Of a stretch of 64,000 nucleotides of DNA, positions 1 to 13,500 are shown piece after piece. Location: IMG/VR virus record IMGVR_UViG_3300027771_001853, positions 186,001 to 250,000 of that record; one strand, written 5' to 3'. Made by a program: the position numbers and the translations under genes. The notes under the pieces were generated by a model. It was given only the letters and a program-made list of their open reading frames with translations. It was not told the DNA's origin and made no database searches. How positions within the stretch are numbered: the first letter of the stretch is position 1; each line of letters opens with the position of its first letter.

Positions 1-1
1 C

Positions 2-1540
2 CTGTGCGTATGGGTTTGTTGATGGAACAGACACACATTGGTTTGCCAAGGTATTCGGTGGAGTACCGGTTTCATGATAAAAGCTGCCCCAGGTTACATT
101 AATGGGGATATTCCCATTTATTTGTTCATCCATTAAATATTCACACGCTCCAATAATGGAGATAGAAGCATGTGGTTTTAGGGTTAAACTATCACAGGAG
201 GAACCATTAGTGATAGTTGCTAATGGTGGTGTTATGCATTCGTACCACACTGTAGTTGTAGTTGTTGTTAGTGGTCCGGTAGTGGTTGTTGTGGTTGGGG
301 TACTAGTAGTGGTTGTGGTTGTTTGACCAGGTAACGTGGTGGACGTGGTTGTTTGCCCTGGACAACAAGGTATACCATTAGCTGATATAAGTGCTATAGA
401 TAACGCATTACAACCTAGCATATTTATTAGTCCGTTTGATGTTAGGTCCGATTGGGTCTCCACCATATTAGCGACAGGTATACCAACAATAGGGTTACAT
501 AATGGTTTCCAACATTCATTTTGTACTATCCCACCTGACACTAATAAGTTTGGTATTTGGAAGGCATAATTATCATCACAATTAAGTGAATTAAGTAATA
601 GTAATAAATTACCTGTGGCCCCATATTGTACTGGTACACCAGTACCCACACAACAACTTTCTATCCCACATGTCACACAAGGGTCACCAGTAGTTGTAGT
701 GGTACAACAATTATAACATGTGGTTGTAGTTGTGGTTATAGGAGCTACTGTTGTGGTAGTAGTTGTTAGGGGTTGTATTCCAGTTGTAGTGATAGTGATA
801 ATAGGGCACTGTTGACAATCGACAACACTACCAAGTAGTCCTCTTGTTGGTGGTGTTCCAAAAGTGTTTCCACACTGTCCTCCAACATACCCAGTATGCC
901 AATCACCACTACCCGGATTATTACTTACATCTATATCATAACTGGTTGGTCTGGGACTGTCACCCTCATAGTACATACATGTACCATCAGATAATTGAAT
1001 AACATCACCCTGACTTATAGGCCCTATAGCAGCAGTTAACTGGTTATGGAATGCCTGATTATTTGTATCAGTATTTGGTAAAAAACATGAACCTAAAGGC
1101 GGGGCCCCTGGTGTAGGAACTACTGGTACTGGATTAAAAGCGAGTGAATTATCACAATAACGCCAAGAATGATTGAGTCCGAAAACGGATGGTTGGGTTT
1201 CACACGCATCACAATCACCATATGGTTCAATAAACCAACCAGAATTTTGTAAAGAATGACCACCAAGATATTCAACATGTATAGCTTCTGGTGTTGCGAA
1301 GTCCCCTATATACTCAAAACAAGTCCAAAATTGTGGATATGGAGTTGAGTATAGTCTAATAAAGTCCCCAGGTACTATTTGATGCCCTGCACTTTGTTGG
1401 TAATAATAATTCTGAAAATGTTCATTGTTAGCTATTGTATTTCCTGGAGGCGAACCGGATTTACCAATATTACAATCGAAAGGGACTGGTACACTAAAAG
1501 GTTCGCTAGTAAAACAAGCTCTATATTTTTTATATCCCAT
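2..1540 (-). CDS. Partial (runs off left edge) Cys-rich, poly-Thr modular putative virion fibre/decoration protein; absent from ORF track
   Basis: ATG at 1540 (MGYKKYRACFTSEPF...); frame read as open to the window edge; contains TTTTTT linkers, GIESCC and C-x-x-Y-x-G modules like the 4512-aa protein; TATTTAT motif 16 nt upstream. Confidence 0.85.
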   Translation of the reverse strand, partial: MGYKKYRACFTSEPFSVPVPFDCNIGKSGSPPGNTIANNEHFQNYYYQQSAGHQIVPGDFIRLYSTPYPQFWTCFEYIGDFATPEAIHVEYLGGHSLQNSGWFIEPYGDCDACETQPSVFGLNHSWRYCDNSLAFNPVPVVPTPGAPPLGSCFLPNTDTNNQAFHNQLTAAIGPISQGDVIQLSDGTCMYYEGDSPRPTSYDIDVSNNPGSGDWHTGYVGGQCGNTFGTPPTRGLLGSVVDCQQCPIITITTTGIQPLTTTTTTVAPITTTTTTCYNCCTTTTTGDPCVTCGIESCCVGTGVPVQYGATGNLLLLLNSLNCDDNYAFQIPNLLVSGGIVQNECWKPLCNPIVGIPVANMVETQSDLTSNGLINMLGCNALSIALISANGIPCCPGQTTTSTTLPGQTTTTTTSTPTTTTTTGPLTTTTTTVWYECITPPLATITNGSSCDSLTLKPHASISIIGACEYLMDEQINGNIPINVTWGSFYHETGTPPNTLANQCVSVPSTNPYAQ

Positions 1541-1575
1541 AGTTTATTATTTAACAATAAATACCCACATCATGA

Positions 1576-4500
1576 TTAAATAGGCGTACATGTAGTTGTC
1601 GTTGTTACTGGACAACATGGTATCCTTAGTGTCGGGTCTTGGTTCTGATAAGGTAACCAAGCTTGGAGACCAGCACACGGTGTTGGTGCTGGTGGTGATA
1701 GTAGTACGGCCCCTGTCACTGTTGGTCCGGTTGGGCTATTTATTATTCTTGCACAAACCGGTACACCACTGATAATAAATAAGTGTGAGGAACCTAAACT
1801 TAAACCATTTATATCAGTAAGTAGTGTTCCAATTGCTACGTATTGTTGGAATACTCCGTTCGTATCAGAACAACACTCTTCCAAACCTCTACCAGTTACA
1901 TTTACAGTTGTTGTTGTTGTGGTTGGGCAACACCCGACTGATTGTCCTTTGTCTTCACATGTGTCACACTGGTCTGTCAACCCGGCTGGCCAAATAGGGA
2001 ATAAGAATGTACCACTAATTGTCCCTACAATAGGTGCACAACCAACACATTTATGGAAACAACAAGCCATACCGTCAAATTGACCACCACTAACCACCAA
2101 TCTAAAGGTATCGTCATTGTTCAATCCAGCAACTCCAGATACAGCACCAGGGTCACCTACTAATTCATAAACATCCCCAGTACAACAATGCTTTACATAT
2201 TGTACTTCTTGGGTTGTAGTGGTTGTGGTGGTTGGTAGTGGGGCACAACACCCTAATGGGAGTGCTTGGTCTAAGGTATAACAATCACTATACACTATTC
2301 CTGGTGTAGTAAAAGTTGATACCGACAAACCAATAGGGTTATTTATAACTTTAAAACATCCCCTTATAATGAGTCCAGTAGTATCTACCAATTGGGTACT
2401 AAACGCTTGACCAACGATTAGACCATTAAGATACACTTCAAATGCTCCTAACGCTACATATTGGTCAAATGCCCCAGTTACTGGGTCCATACAACAAGAC
2501 TCAACACCTATTGTACCACCTATTGTAGTTGTGGTAGTACAGGGAGCTTCCTCATCAAGTACACATATATTACAAGGGTCCTGATAAACAAGAGATGAGT
2601 AGATATTAACTGGTGTTATGGAAACAGCTACACCTGGACCACTCACGTTTGAGACGAACTCCCAACACCCTTCTTGAAGTGAGAATGGTGCTGTAATAAT
2701 ATTACCATATACTACGTCACCTAATATTAAATTACTGTTTAACCAAGTTAATATCACACCTGTAGCTATATACTCATCATAAGGTGGACAACATTGTCTA
2801 ACACCTAAGGTTGGGGATGGTGTTGTAGTAGTTGTGGATACCGGTATTGTAGTTGTCGTTGTTACTGGACAACACAAAGTGTAATTGGTATTTGTATTTA
2901 ATTCTGCACATGATGATGATACAAAAGAAGGTGCAAACATATTAGTTTGTATTATACCAACCGGGTTATTTATTATTTTCCAACAACCAGTATAATCGGA
3001 TGGCATTATAGTACTATAAAACGCGTCACCCAAATTCATCCCCGCTAGAATCGTATAGAGTGTCCCTGCGGCTACAAATTGTAAGGTAGGGTCGCAACAA
3101 TTTTCTAAACCTAATGGGCCAGAAGATGTGGTAGTTGTAGTTACTGGTCCTGTTGTGGTTGTTGTGGTTGGTGGTACCGTGGTTGTTGTTGTTGTTGGAC
3201 AACTACAAGGTTGGTACATTTCTCTACAAATCATACAAGCGTAAGGATAATCCGTTGTCCAAACATCATCTATGTTATTTAAAGTTAACATAGGTGCTCC
3301 CACTACTGGTTCGTAGGTATGGATAGCTTCGTCAACAATAGTAAGACACATATTAGGACATGGTGTGTGTATAGTATCTATTGGTACTATACTTGGGTTA
3401 CCTGTGGTACCACTAACTAAACTAGGTATGTCGTATACGGTATTATAATACACTTGATTTTTATTACAACATAGGTTTTCCCCCCAATATGGGTTAGTTG
3501 GGTCATAACAACATGTTAATAGTCCGTATGTCGTACAACAACCAGTATGACTTGTACCTGAATAATTGTAACATGGGTCTTGTTTATCAACGTTACGAGG
3601 ATTTACCGATATAGGTCCTATTTGGTTGTCTATATATTCCCATACTGTCTGTCCTAAATCCCATGCTGGGTTACTTGCCGGTATAGACGTGTTAACAATA
3701 GTTGAAGCTGTGGCTATTTGGTATGGGTTGTTACCACCAACACAGTTAATATTATCACACCATTGTACTACCCACGATGCTATTTCAAGTGGTGGTATAT
3801 TCACATATTGGAATGGAACTATCTGGTAGTGTCCAATACCAGGTGCGTTATTTTGATTTACGTAGATATAATCAGGTGCACTACCTCCTTGTATTTCATC
3901 TAAACAGTACGTACCATCGGCTGATGTTAAACATACATCATCCTCTACACTTGTAGATGTACCAGTGTAAAATATTTCTAAGTGAGAAACACCAGATAAA
4001 CAGAAACAATCTGCACACCTTTTCGTTGTAGTGGTTGTAGTTGAGGGACAAGGGACAGACCAACTAAAATTAGTCTCCGTACAACCTGAACATATACAAG
4101 GTGGGTCCCCTGCCGCGACACTATTAGTACACCAAAACTGATATGTAAATCCAGCCGGAACTACTGGTGCTGACGGTTCACTTGGAACAACAACATAACA
4201 CCCAGGAACCCCGTTAATTGTACCCAAAAGTCCTTGACCTACTAATATGTCGGTTTGGTCATTTGGATACGATAATATCGTATTACAATCAGCTGTTAAT
4301 GAGAACACATACTCTTCACAACAAGCAGATAACGCGAAAGGTAGACATACGGTAGTAGTGGTTGTAGTACAAGGAATCTCACACGCGGCACAACTATAAA
4401 GTGGTATAGGTGGGTAATTTATACTAATTATTGGGCCCTGTTCTCTACCTATTGTTTCCCAACATTCATTTGTAAGAGTATCGTAGAAAGCATTATAAGA

Positions 4501-7500
4501 AGTTAAACCTGAAGCTGGATTAGTTAAATCACCACACCACCTAGCAAACACAATATTATTTGTTTTACAACAAGCTGATAAACCTTGACATGTTGTGGTT
4601 GTTGTGGTTGGTGGGACTGTTGAGGTTGTTGTAGTAGCTGACCATGCTGTTGTTGTGGTTGTTGTTGGTGGGACTGTGGTTGTCGTACATACAATATGGT
4701 GGGTATCTAAACATCCACCAATAGAAAAACAATCTTGGTAGAATATACTTGGCACTACACTTATATTGTAAAGGTCCGGTCCTGGTATTTCTATTCTCTC
4801 ATAACACATATTAGTCCCCACATCATAAAACACTTGACCGATAGGCATAAAACTTAAATCTGTTTTAGTACAACCAGAACAAGTTTCATTAGTGGTTGTA
4901 AACTTTCTAACAGGTCTAATATATTTTGGGCTACCTTGTATAATATTATTATTTATGTCTGGGTAAGGTATGAGAGATTTACTATGTAATTCTGAACTAA
5001 ATAACTCAGGGAATATGGAGTCTCTACCCGAACATGGTGTACCTGTAGGGTAGTTAGGTCCATTAGACATACCTAAACTTAAATGTATATTATTAAACCC
5101 ATTAAACATTGGGAAGTATTCCGCCCTACTGGCATCACATTCACTAGAAGTCCAGTAATACCCACCTTCAGCAAAATTATATGTAGAGTAAAAAGTTTCG
5201 TTTGGTGGTCCTGCGGCTAGAGGGTTTTCTAAACCAATAGTTTGACCCCCAGTAGAACCAACAAGTCCATTATACATTTCATTCATTTCTTTAATGGTAG
5301 GTAAGTACCAATCTGTGTATCCACTAAATGAGAATGTAGAACATATGTGAGCTGCACTATGAAGAGTTATATTAGAAGCGTCTAAATTACTTCCAGGGTT
5401 TGGCCAAACACTATTACCTATGTATTCTTTTGTACAATCCAAATAACCACCACCAGCATCAGCCTTTTTATCTTTACAATCATATGTAAAAGGTACTGTA
5501 TTACCACTACAAGGGTTTGTTCTAGCCCAATTAACATCAGTAGTACATGAAGGACAACACGGGTAACCGTAAATGTCTGGTGTACAAGCATTATTTATTT
5601 TTGATGTGTTGTCACTACCCGCGAATATTTCTCTTGAAGTTCCACTAACATAAAGGTTCATACATCCCCACATTGTAAATGTATGTGCTGAATCAGTCGC
5701 GTTTGCGGCTATTATATTTTGGGGTAAATCATAGTTAGATAAATTTACATCATATGGTGAAGCTTCCAAATAATTCCCTTGACCATCATGATAGAAGACA
5801 ACACCACCCGCTGGTCCCGTATCACCTATACTATATGTTTGTCCAGTTAAACAACAACAAGGTTTAATACCATAACAAATATGAGGACGAGTAGTAGTTG
5901 TTGTGGTAGGTCTATTAGTTGTTGTGGTGGTTGTTTTTGGTGGGTCCCATATTGTTGTAGTAGTTGTAACACAATCATCTACTATCTTATGAGTTATCTC
6001 ACAACACTCACAATCATCATAAGGTCCATTTAGTGGTACATTGACGTTATAATTTGTTGGTCCTGGGTACGCTATTCTTTCATAACATTGTCCAGATAAT
6101 GGGTCAAACCATGTATTACCTATTGGTACAGTAGATAAATCAGTAGTTGTATATCCAGAACAAGTTGCGTAATTATATGACCTAACAGGTCTTAACCACA
6201 TAAATAGGAAATTCTTCTGCAGTACCTGCATTGTTGTACCCCACGTAGTTGGGAGTCCAATAGCAATTGTATCGTATACTGGGTTGGCTGGATGTTCACT
6301 AGAAGTAATCCATATTGGTGGTTGGTCTGTTGAACCTGAAAAAGGTTTTAAGTCGTCTAAGTCGGCTAAATTATACAATGGAGATAATAGAGCTTGTCCT
6401 GGACCTATATTAAACCATAATTTTAACCATTCGTTATAACTTGGAGCAAACCAATCATCATACCCGTTATAAATTAAAGTGTCGAGATACGTTGCCCATG
6501 GGGTTGGGTCTGGACACCCAGCAGCAATAATCTCATTTGTATTTATTTTTCCCATACCAATTGAAGTACCTAGAGTTGGGCTCGGAAGTACAGGTGTGCC
6601 CCAACAACCCCATCTCATACCAAAACCACCAATTTCTGTTGATTTAGGTGCTACTTCATATATGATGTTATTAATCGTATCAACATGAAATACAAATCCT
6701 CCGGCTTGACCTACATCACCAACATTAGGAACAACACCAATTATAACGTCATCTTCACAACAACAAGGTTTTAACCCCCATATTTCACTTGGTCTTGTTG
6801 TAGTAGTGGTAACAGGTTCACAAATAATTTCATTAATTTGCTCACAAGCATCACAATCTATATAAGGACCTCCAGGATTTGGTACTGGAGCGGTAAAATC
6901 AAAATATGTTAGTCCTGGGTCAGCAATATGAGTAAAGCATTCACCTGACGTAGCGTCATACCAAGTTCCACCTATAGGGATTGCTGATAAATCTGTATAT
7001 GTAAAACCAGAACAACCAGTATCGTTTATACGTTCTGGCATACAATTCGCACCATTAGGGTAATCATCATTACAACAACAAGAATTAAGACCCATATTTG
7101 TAGTAGTATCATCCCAAGTTATACCTTTGTTAGTTAAACTTCCACCCCACCCTGAATTTGGATTTGTGTCACAATCTGAACAAGTGGTTCCGTTAGTTGA
7201 ATTCGTTACAGTACATACTAAATTAGAATAGAAGTCAGGAGTACCTTGACCCATATATCTTAGACAAGTACACGTCATACCTGGTATTCTTGAAGGCCCC
7301 AACCCTGACGGACCATTAGTGTAGGTTATATTGTCATTCCAGTAACACCATCTAACGGTTTCACCCACAGATGGACTTCCAAGATATTGATAGAAATCTA
7401 GATTGTTCGCTAAATAATCGACAGATGGGACAGTACTAGTATTTGTAACACCATCATAACAAGCGTCACCAATGTAGTTTGGTGTACCGAAATATTCGAT

Positions 7501-10500
7501 GCCCCATGTTTTGTTGACTGTCCCCAGAATGGAGGCTATATTAGGTATGTAGTCAGAAATTTCATTCCAACAAACCTCAAATAGGTGAGATACTGGAGCA
7601 GTGGATTTGGTGATGGTGGTGGTAGTGGTAAGGGTAGGAGATTGTGATAGTGACGATTCAAGGTTTTGGAACCTAGAAAATAACGGTACCACACCAACAT
7701 CAGTAGATATATTTAGTTTTTGTCCAAGGCATCTAGCTTCACCTGATTCGTATTTAACTTGGTCTACAATATCTAGAATTTCTATAGATTGGTGTCCATA
7801 GGCGTTATCCTGATACAAATTGATAAAGTCACCAATCTTAAGTGCGTTTACCGATGTTCCATCATTTCTAACAAAATTAGATAGGGGACCACCTCCTGAT
7901 GCTAATTGTTGTGTTGTGGTTGTGGTTGTTTGTCCAAATAAGGTAGTGGTTGTTGTTGTTGGTATAGCGTATGTTGTAGTAGTTGTTGTTGGTATAGCGT
8001 ATGTTGTAGTAGTTGTTGTTGGTATAGCGTATGTTGTAGTAGTTGTTAGTTGCCCAAATACTGTTGTTGTAGTTGTAATTGGGGGTATAGTGTATGTTGT
8101 AGTAGTTGTAGTTGGAGGTATAGCGTATGTTGTTGTAGTTGTAGTTGGCGGTATAGCGTATGTTGTTGTTGGTGTTGTAGTTGGGGGTGTAAATGCCTTT
8201 TTGTCTATATAAGTGCATGAAGTAGTATCACTTTTTGTAACATATTGGTCACCATCTTTTGTCCATACTTTAACTAAATAAGCTAGACCATTAACATTTA
8301 TATCTTCCCAACCTACCTTATTAACCCCCCCATTAGTAGGTTCGTAATATAGAACTGTTGGTGCGGTGGTAATTAGTTTAGTTTTTTCAGGTGAGGTTAT
8401 TTGACCGAAAATATCTCTAGTATCACCAATAAATTGTGGTACCTGTTGTAACATACTTAAACTTTGTAAATCTTCACACACACAACACTCATTATTAGTA
8501 CCTCCGGTTGATAGTCCGTTAACACCAAAATGCCACCAATTACCAACTGGGTAGTATGGGACCGCTGATGAAGATACTGTTCCCATATATTTTAAACATA
8601 GTACATCATTATTAAAACCATTTAAAGTGGAGTGTAGGGTAACTACTTGACCTACACCTGGACTACCAACCCAACTATAAAAGTAATTACCTCTAGTTAC
8701 CATATCATCTAACCCAACTGCTGTCATAAAGTCTATAAGTCCTGATGTTGTTCCCGGGGCGTCAATAGCTGATATGCCCACACCAGGTGGGAATGGTGAT
8801 GAAGTGGGTGATGGTAAAAAAGAAAATAGTTCACATTCCTCAAACACGTGAAAAGTACGTATCTCCGCTAATCCACCATCACAACTATAACAATCATTAT
8901 GTGTTGATAATACGGTAGCGGTACCAACAGGACAAATATCGTAATTAACGCTTAAAGGGCCCCATATTCTATTACCTACATAAGCAATCCAGTAGTCACA
9001 AAATATAGCCATCAATATACCGAAATTACTACAATTACCTAGGGCGAATATTGGGTCGTTAGGGTATGACCAAGTATAAACACCCAAATATTTAATGCAA
9101 TTTGTAAATGTTCCTAGTGCTATACCTGAATCTGGGCAGGCGACTGTCCACTCCATTTCTACAGTTATCACTTCTCCAGGGTTTGGGCTACCTAGATGAT
9201 TATAAAAATTTTGATTATTTAATGAATATTCTTGTACTGCGGCTAAGTCTTGACCAAGGTATGCACTATCAACGTACCCTGTCTGAGAATCAAGCCATAC
9301 TGGAGCAAATTTAGGGTACCCATTCAGTTGTGGTATAGAAGGGTCACCTGGACAATCCTCAAACATATGTAATGTAACATCCACATTTGCGTTTGCGTTT
9401 AATGGTATAGTTGGTAAGGGAGTGCTGTTTGGTAAAGGGTTTAGGTTAACATAGTCTCCCAAGGTCACAGTCGTCTTAGGTTTACTATAGTGGGTACCTT
9501 CCGGCATTATCGGTTGGTATGTCCTTGTATCAGCTGACGGACAACAACATCTTTCTACCCCATAAATTTGTCTAAAAGTGGTACTAGTTGTTGTTGTTGT
9601 TCTAAATATCTTGGTTGTAGTTGTGGTTGTTGGTGCACAATATGGGTCTTCACCATCTCCATTAGCCATACATTCAACACAGTTATCAATACCAAAAAGA
9701 CCTAGTGGGTTTAAGGTTATCCCATTGGGTGGAAGAGGGTTAGGTGTCACTATAACCTTATAACACGCCTTATGGTCTATGTCATTAAATGTCTCACCAA
9801 TAGCCAAACCACTAACTGAACCAGGGTTATCCACAATCCATTGTTCTGCTGTTGAACCAGTGATACAACACTCTTCTACTGTAATACCTGAAGTACATGC
9901 TGTATGAAAACATACTGTCGCTGATAATGTAGCTATACCAATATTATTAGCTTGTGTAGTCCCTAACCAATTAGATAGTAAGTATTCGTGACTATGTACT
10001 GATATAAAACCAAAATGTGTTAACCCACTTACACACCTACCATCAGGTGTTTTACCTGGACCGTAACCAGAATTCCAAAAACAAGCATCCGCACAATAAG
10101 GGTTTGTTTGTTTTATAGCATCAAAATTATATAGACCACCACCATTATTTGCGGCACCAATATCTACAAAGTCCACCGCGGGAACTACTCTACCTTCAAC
10201 AGCTCCATACGCATTTAATTGAGTAATCCTTTCCTGTTGGGTATCATTTACTGGTAATGTGTAAACAAAACTATTAAATGAACCATTATTACCTGGAGTA
10301 CCAGTAGGTTGGTCCCAAACACCATTATAGTATGTACCCATAAAAGAATCAAAATCTCTTAAGTAATTTTCTGTTGGTGTTATTTTCTGTAACCCAGATG
10401 TTACATTAATACTGTTGAGTTGGTTGGTATTCCAATCAGTACAGGGTACTGGTGGTGTTATAACACCAACGCCACTTGGAGCATTACATACCGGTAACCA

Positions 10501-13500
10501 TGGACTATCGTTATACCAAGGTTCAGTTTCATTGACAAAAGAAATAACCACAGCATTAGGGTCATTTAGAGCCGCGGCTATTGGCATATCAAGTCCAGAC
10601 CCACATACACCTTGTGGAACACTTATCCCAACTGGGGTTGGTATAAATGCATTTGTACCTTCCCATGGGTATCGTGAATACCTTAACCAAGATTCAGATT
10701 GTTGTTGTGGTGGTGGTACTGTAGCCTGATATAAACACCCAGTATAACCAGGTAATGTTTGAATAAATTGTTGCCACCAAGGTAGAACCACATTATTAGC
10801 TAATTGAGCTACACTAACAGCAAAACTACCACTCCCATCATAAAACACATAAAAATTAGTACCAGAAAATATACATGGACATTCACTAGGTGGTGTAGGT
10901 GGGCATTCACATTCACACGATACTAGAAGTGTGGTTGTGGTTGTTGTTGGTGGTGCGGGTGTAGTAGTTGTAGTTGTTGGTGGCCCAAGTGTTGTCGTAG
11001 ACGTGGTAGTAGATGGGGCACACGGGTCTGTAGTTGTTGTTGTCGATACAGGTACTGTAGTTGTTGTGGTTGTGGGACAAGGATTGTCCGGTGTCTCACA
11101 AAAACTACCAGCACATTCTAAACCAGCTAACGCTGTTACTCCAGATATACTACCTAATATAGTATTAGTTATAGGTCCTGAAGGTAATGTATATTTTGTT
11201 AAAACTAGGTTATCTGTCGCTCCAGAACAACACGTATTTTCTCCCCAACTAATTTCAATATCGTTACCATGACTGGAGCCTGGGGCGTAATCGGATAGGT
11301 CAATTGGACTACCAGCTGGTATTGGGTTTTTGAAAAAGAAACAGTATGTGTGTTCCATTAGTGGAGTTGGTGTAAGTGCTGGAGCACCAGCAATACAAGG
11401 TGCCGCCCCACCACGACACCTACCACCACCTGCACCAGCACTAATTGGTGGTGTCGCATCACAAATAGCAACAGGGAATCCAGGTCCTGTTGGGTACCTA
11501 ACTAATTCATATTTCCAACTTCCTATAATTGTACCAGAACCGTCAGGATGTCTAACCGTGAAGTTCCAATTATTAGTACTAGCGGTAAAATTATCCCCGT
11601 TAAAAACTTGACCTGATTGGGCTGAGTCATACATCAATACTTTCATATACTCTGCACCCATTACTTGGTCTTTGAATGTCCCCACCCCTGGTAGGTTACC
11701 GTTTGTACCTACATCAAATACCCCTTGTGTTACAATTTCTCCTGGTGTAGTCATACCCCCATCTTTCCATATCTCAGCATATTCTGGTTGACATGGTGTA
11801 CCCATTCCACCAAATTGTAAAGTTATTTCAAATTGAGATGGTTCACCTACCATTACACCTAAACCTATATTAGCTGGATTTTCAAGATATAAAATATTTG
11901 CACAATTCCCAGCAGGAGAATTAGGCCATTGGCCACATTGGGCTACACCTGCCTGATACCAATCTCTATTACCGGTACAATTTTGATGCTGAAGAGTACC
12001 TTCACCACAAGGTGAAGGTGTTGTAGGCATACATGATGGAACACCAGGAAAATTACCATCCATTACAATATTATAGTCCCATTGTCCTATGTTAGTGTTA
12101 GTAAATGGGTCGTATACCGTTAAAGTTAGTGGGTTGGTTGTGTCCCCAGTTAACATATCCATACTTACAAAATTCCCATCTTTGTCAAGTACGTTTAAAC
12201 TTAACTTAAGTGATTCAGCCCCTATTATTGGTCCAAACAATGGAGCAGCTCCTTGAATATTTCCGGGAGCACATGACCAAGGGGTGGGAATAGTAAAGGC
12301 ACATTGACCAGATATAATCAGACTTTCGTCAATCCACGTATGTTGGAACTGTTGTGGTGTACCCCCCGAACAACTAGGTAGTTGTCTTACAATGTAAAGG
12401 TCTTCACAATCATATAGTAAACCAGCGGAAATACTACTATTAAGTAATGGGTTTATAGTCCCAGGTATTGGATTGGCGTTTAATGTTGTACCATCAAAAA
12501 TACACACATAACCAGCTGATGAATTACAATTTCCTGGACCAAAAGAACATTCATCCAAATAAGTATAAAAATTGTTAGTTCCTGGTACGTTAGATAACCC
12601 ACTCATATGAGCATATGGGTTAGGTGGACTTGTAAATACGGTAAAATCACCCAAATAAGTTACACTACCATTAACCCATGGTTGTATCTGATATACCGGA
12701 TGAACAGTATTATTATAAGGAATAAAAATTAATTTATCATTTAAGCTATCATAACCTAAACAACCTTCACCTAACTCCTCAGTTCTTATACCACTTGTGT
12801 TATTACACACATCATAACCAGTATAAGTTTGAGCTAAAGACCCACTACCTGTGTTAGGGTTTACTTGGTATATGTGTAAGTCGTATCTAGATGTACCATT
12901 ACAAGTATCATCTATTTTATGTTCTAAAAATGCCCCATATAAAAAGTTATTTGTTGTTCTTTTAGCGAACCCTTGGAAGAACATATGTGGTATAGCTCCC
13001 CACATTGTTGGGTCTTTTAAAGCAATAGGTAACGTGGTTTGGGTGTGGGGTGAAGTTTTATGTATCGAATAAAAACCATTATTTCCTGTGGTTCCCGTAT
13101 TGATTATCTCCCAAGCTCCTGTAATTAAGCAACACTCATCACAACACGGTATCGTTGTCGTTGTTGTTGACGCGTAAGGGTCTGGTGTTGTCGTACTAGT
13201 AACGCAATCACCAGTAAGTGGTATAGTACCAAAATCACATGGGTCTGGTGTTGTAGTTGTTGTGGTTGGTGGTACCGTGGTTGTTGTTGTTGTTGGACAA
13301 TCACCAGTTAACGGGATTGTACCAAAATCACATGGGTCAAGTGTTGTTGTAGTTGTTGTTTGACCAGGTAACGTGGTTGTAGTTGTTGTTTGACCAGGTA
13401 ACGTGGTTGTAGTTGTTGTTTGGCCAGGTAATGTAGTTGTAGTTGTAAAACCTAAAATTGTTGTGGTGGTAGTAACACACTCACACTGACCATCAGTCAC

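Noticed and set aside
4900-6725. DGR template/variable repeat pair
   Set aside because: The two lectin domains are too diverged, no adenine-specific pattern is visible, and there is no RT in the window
7952-8170. 30-bp direct repeats resembling a CRISPR array
   Set aside because: Contiguous in-frame coding repeats with no unique spacers and no cas genes
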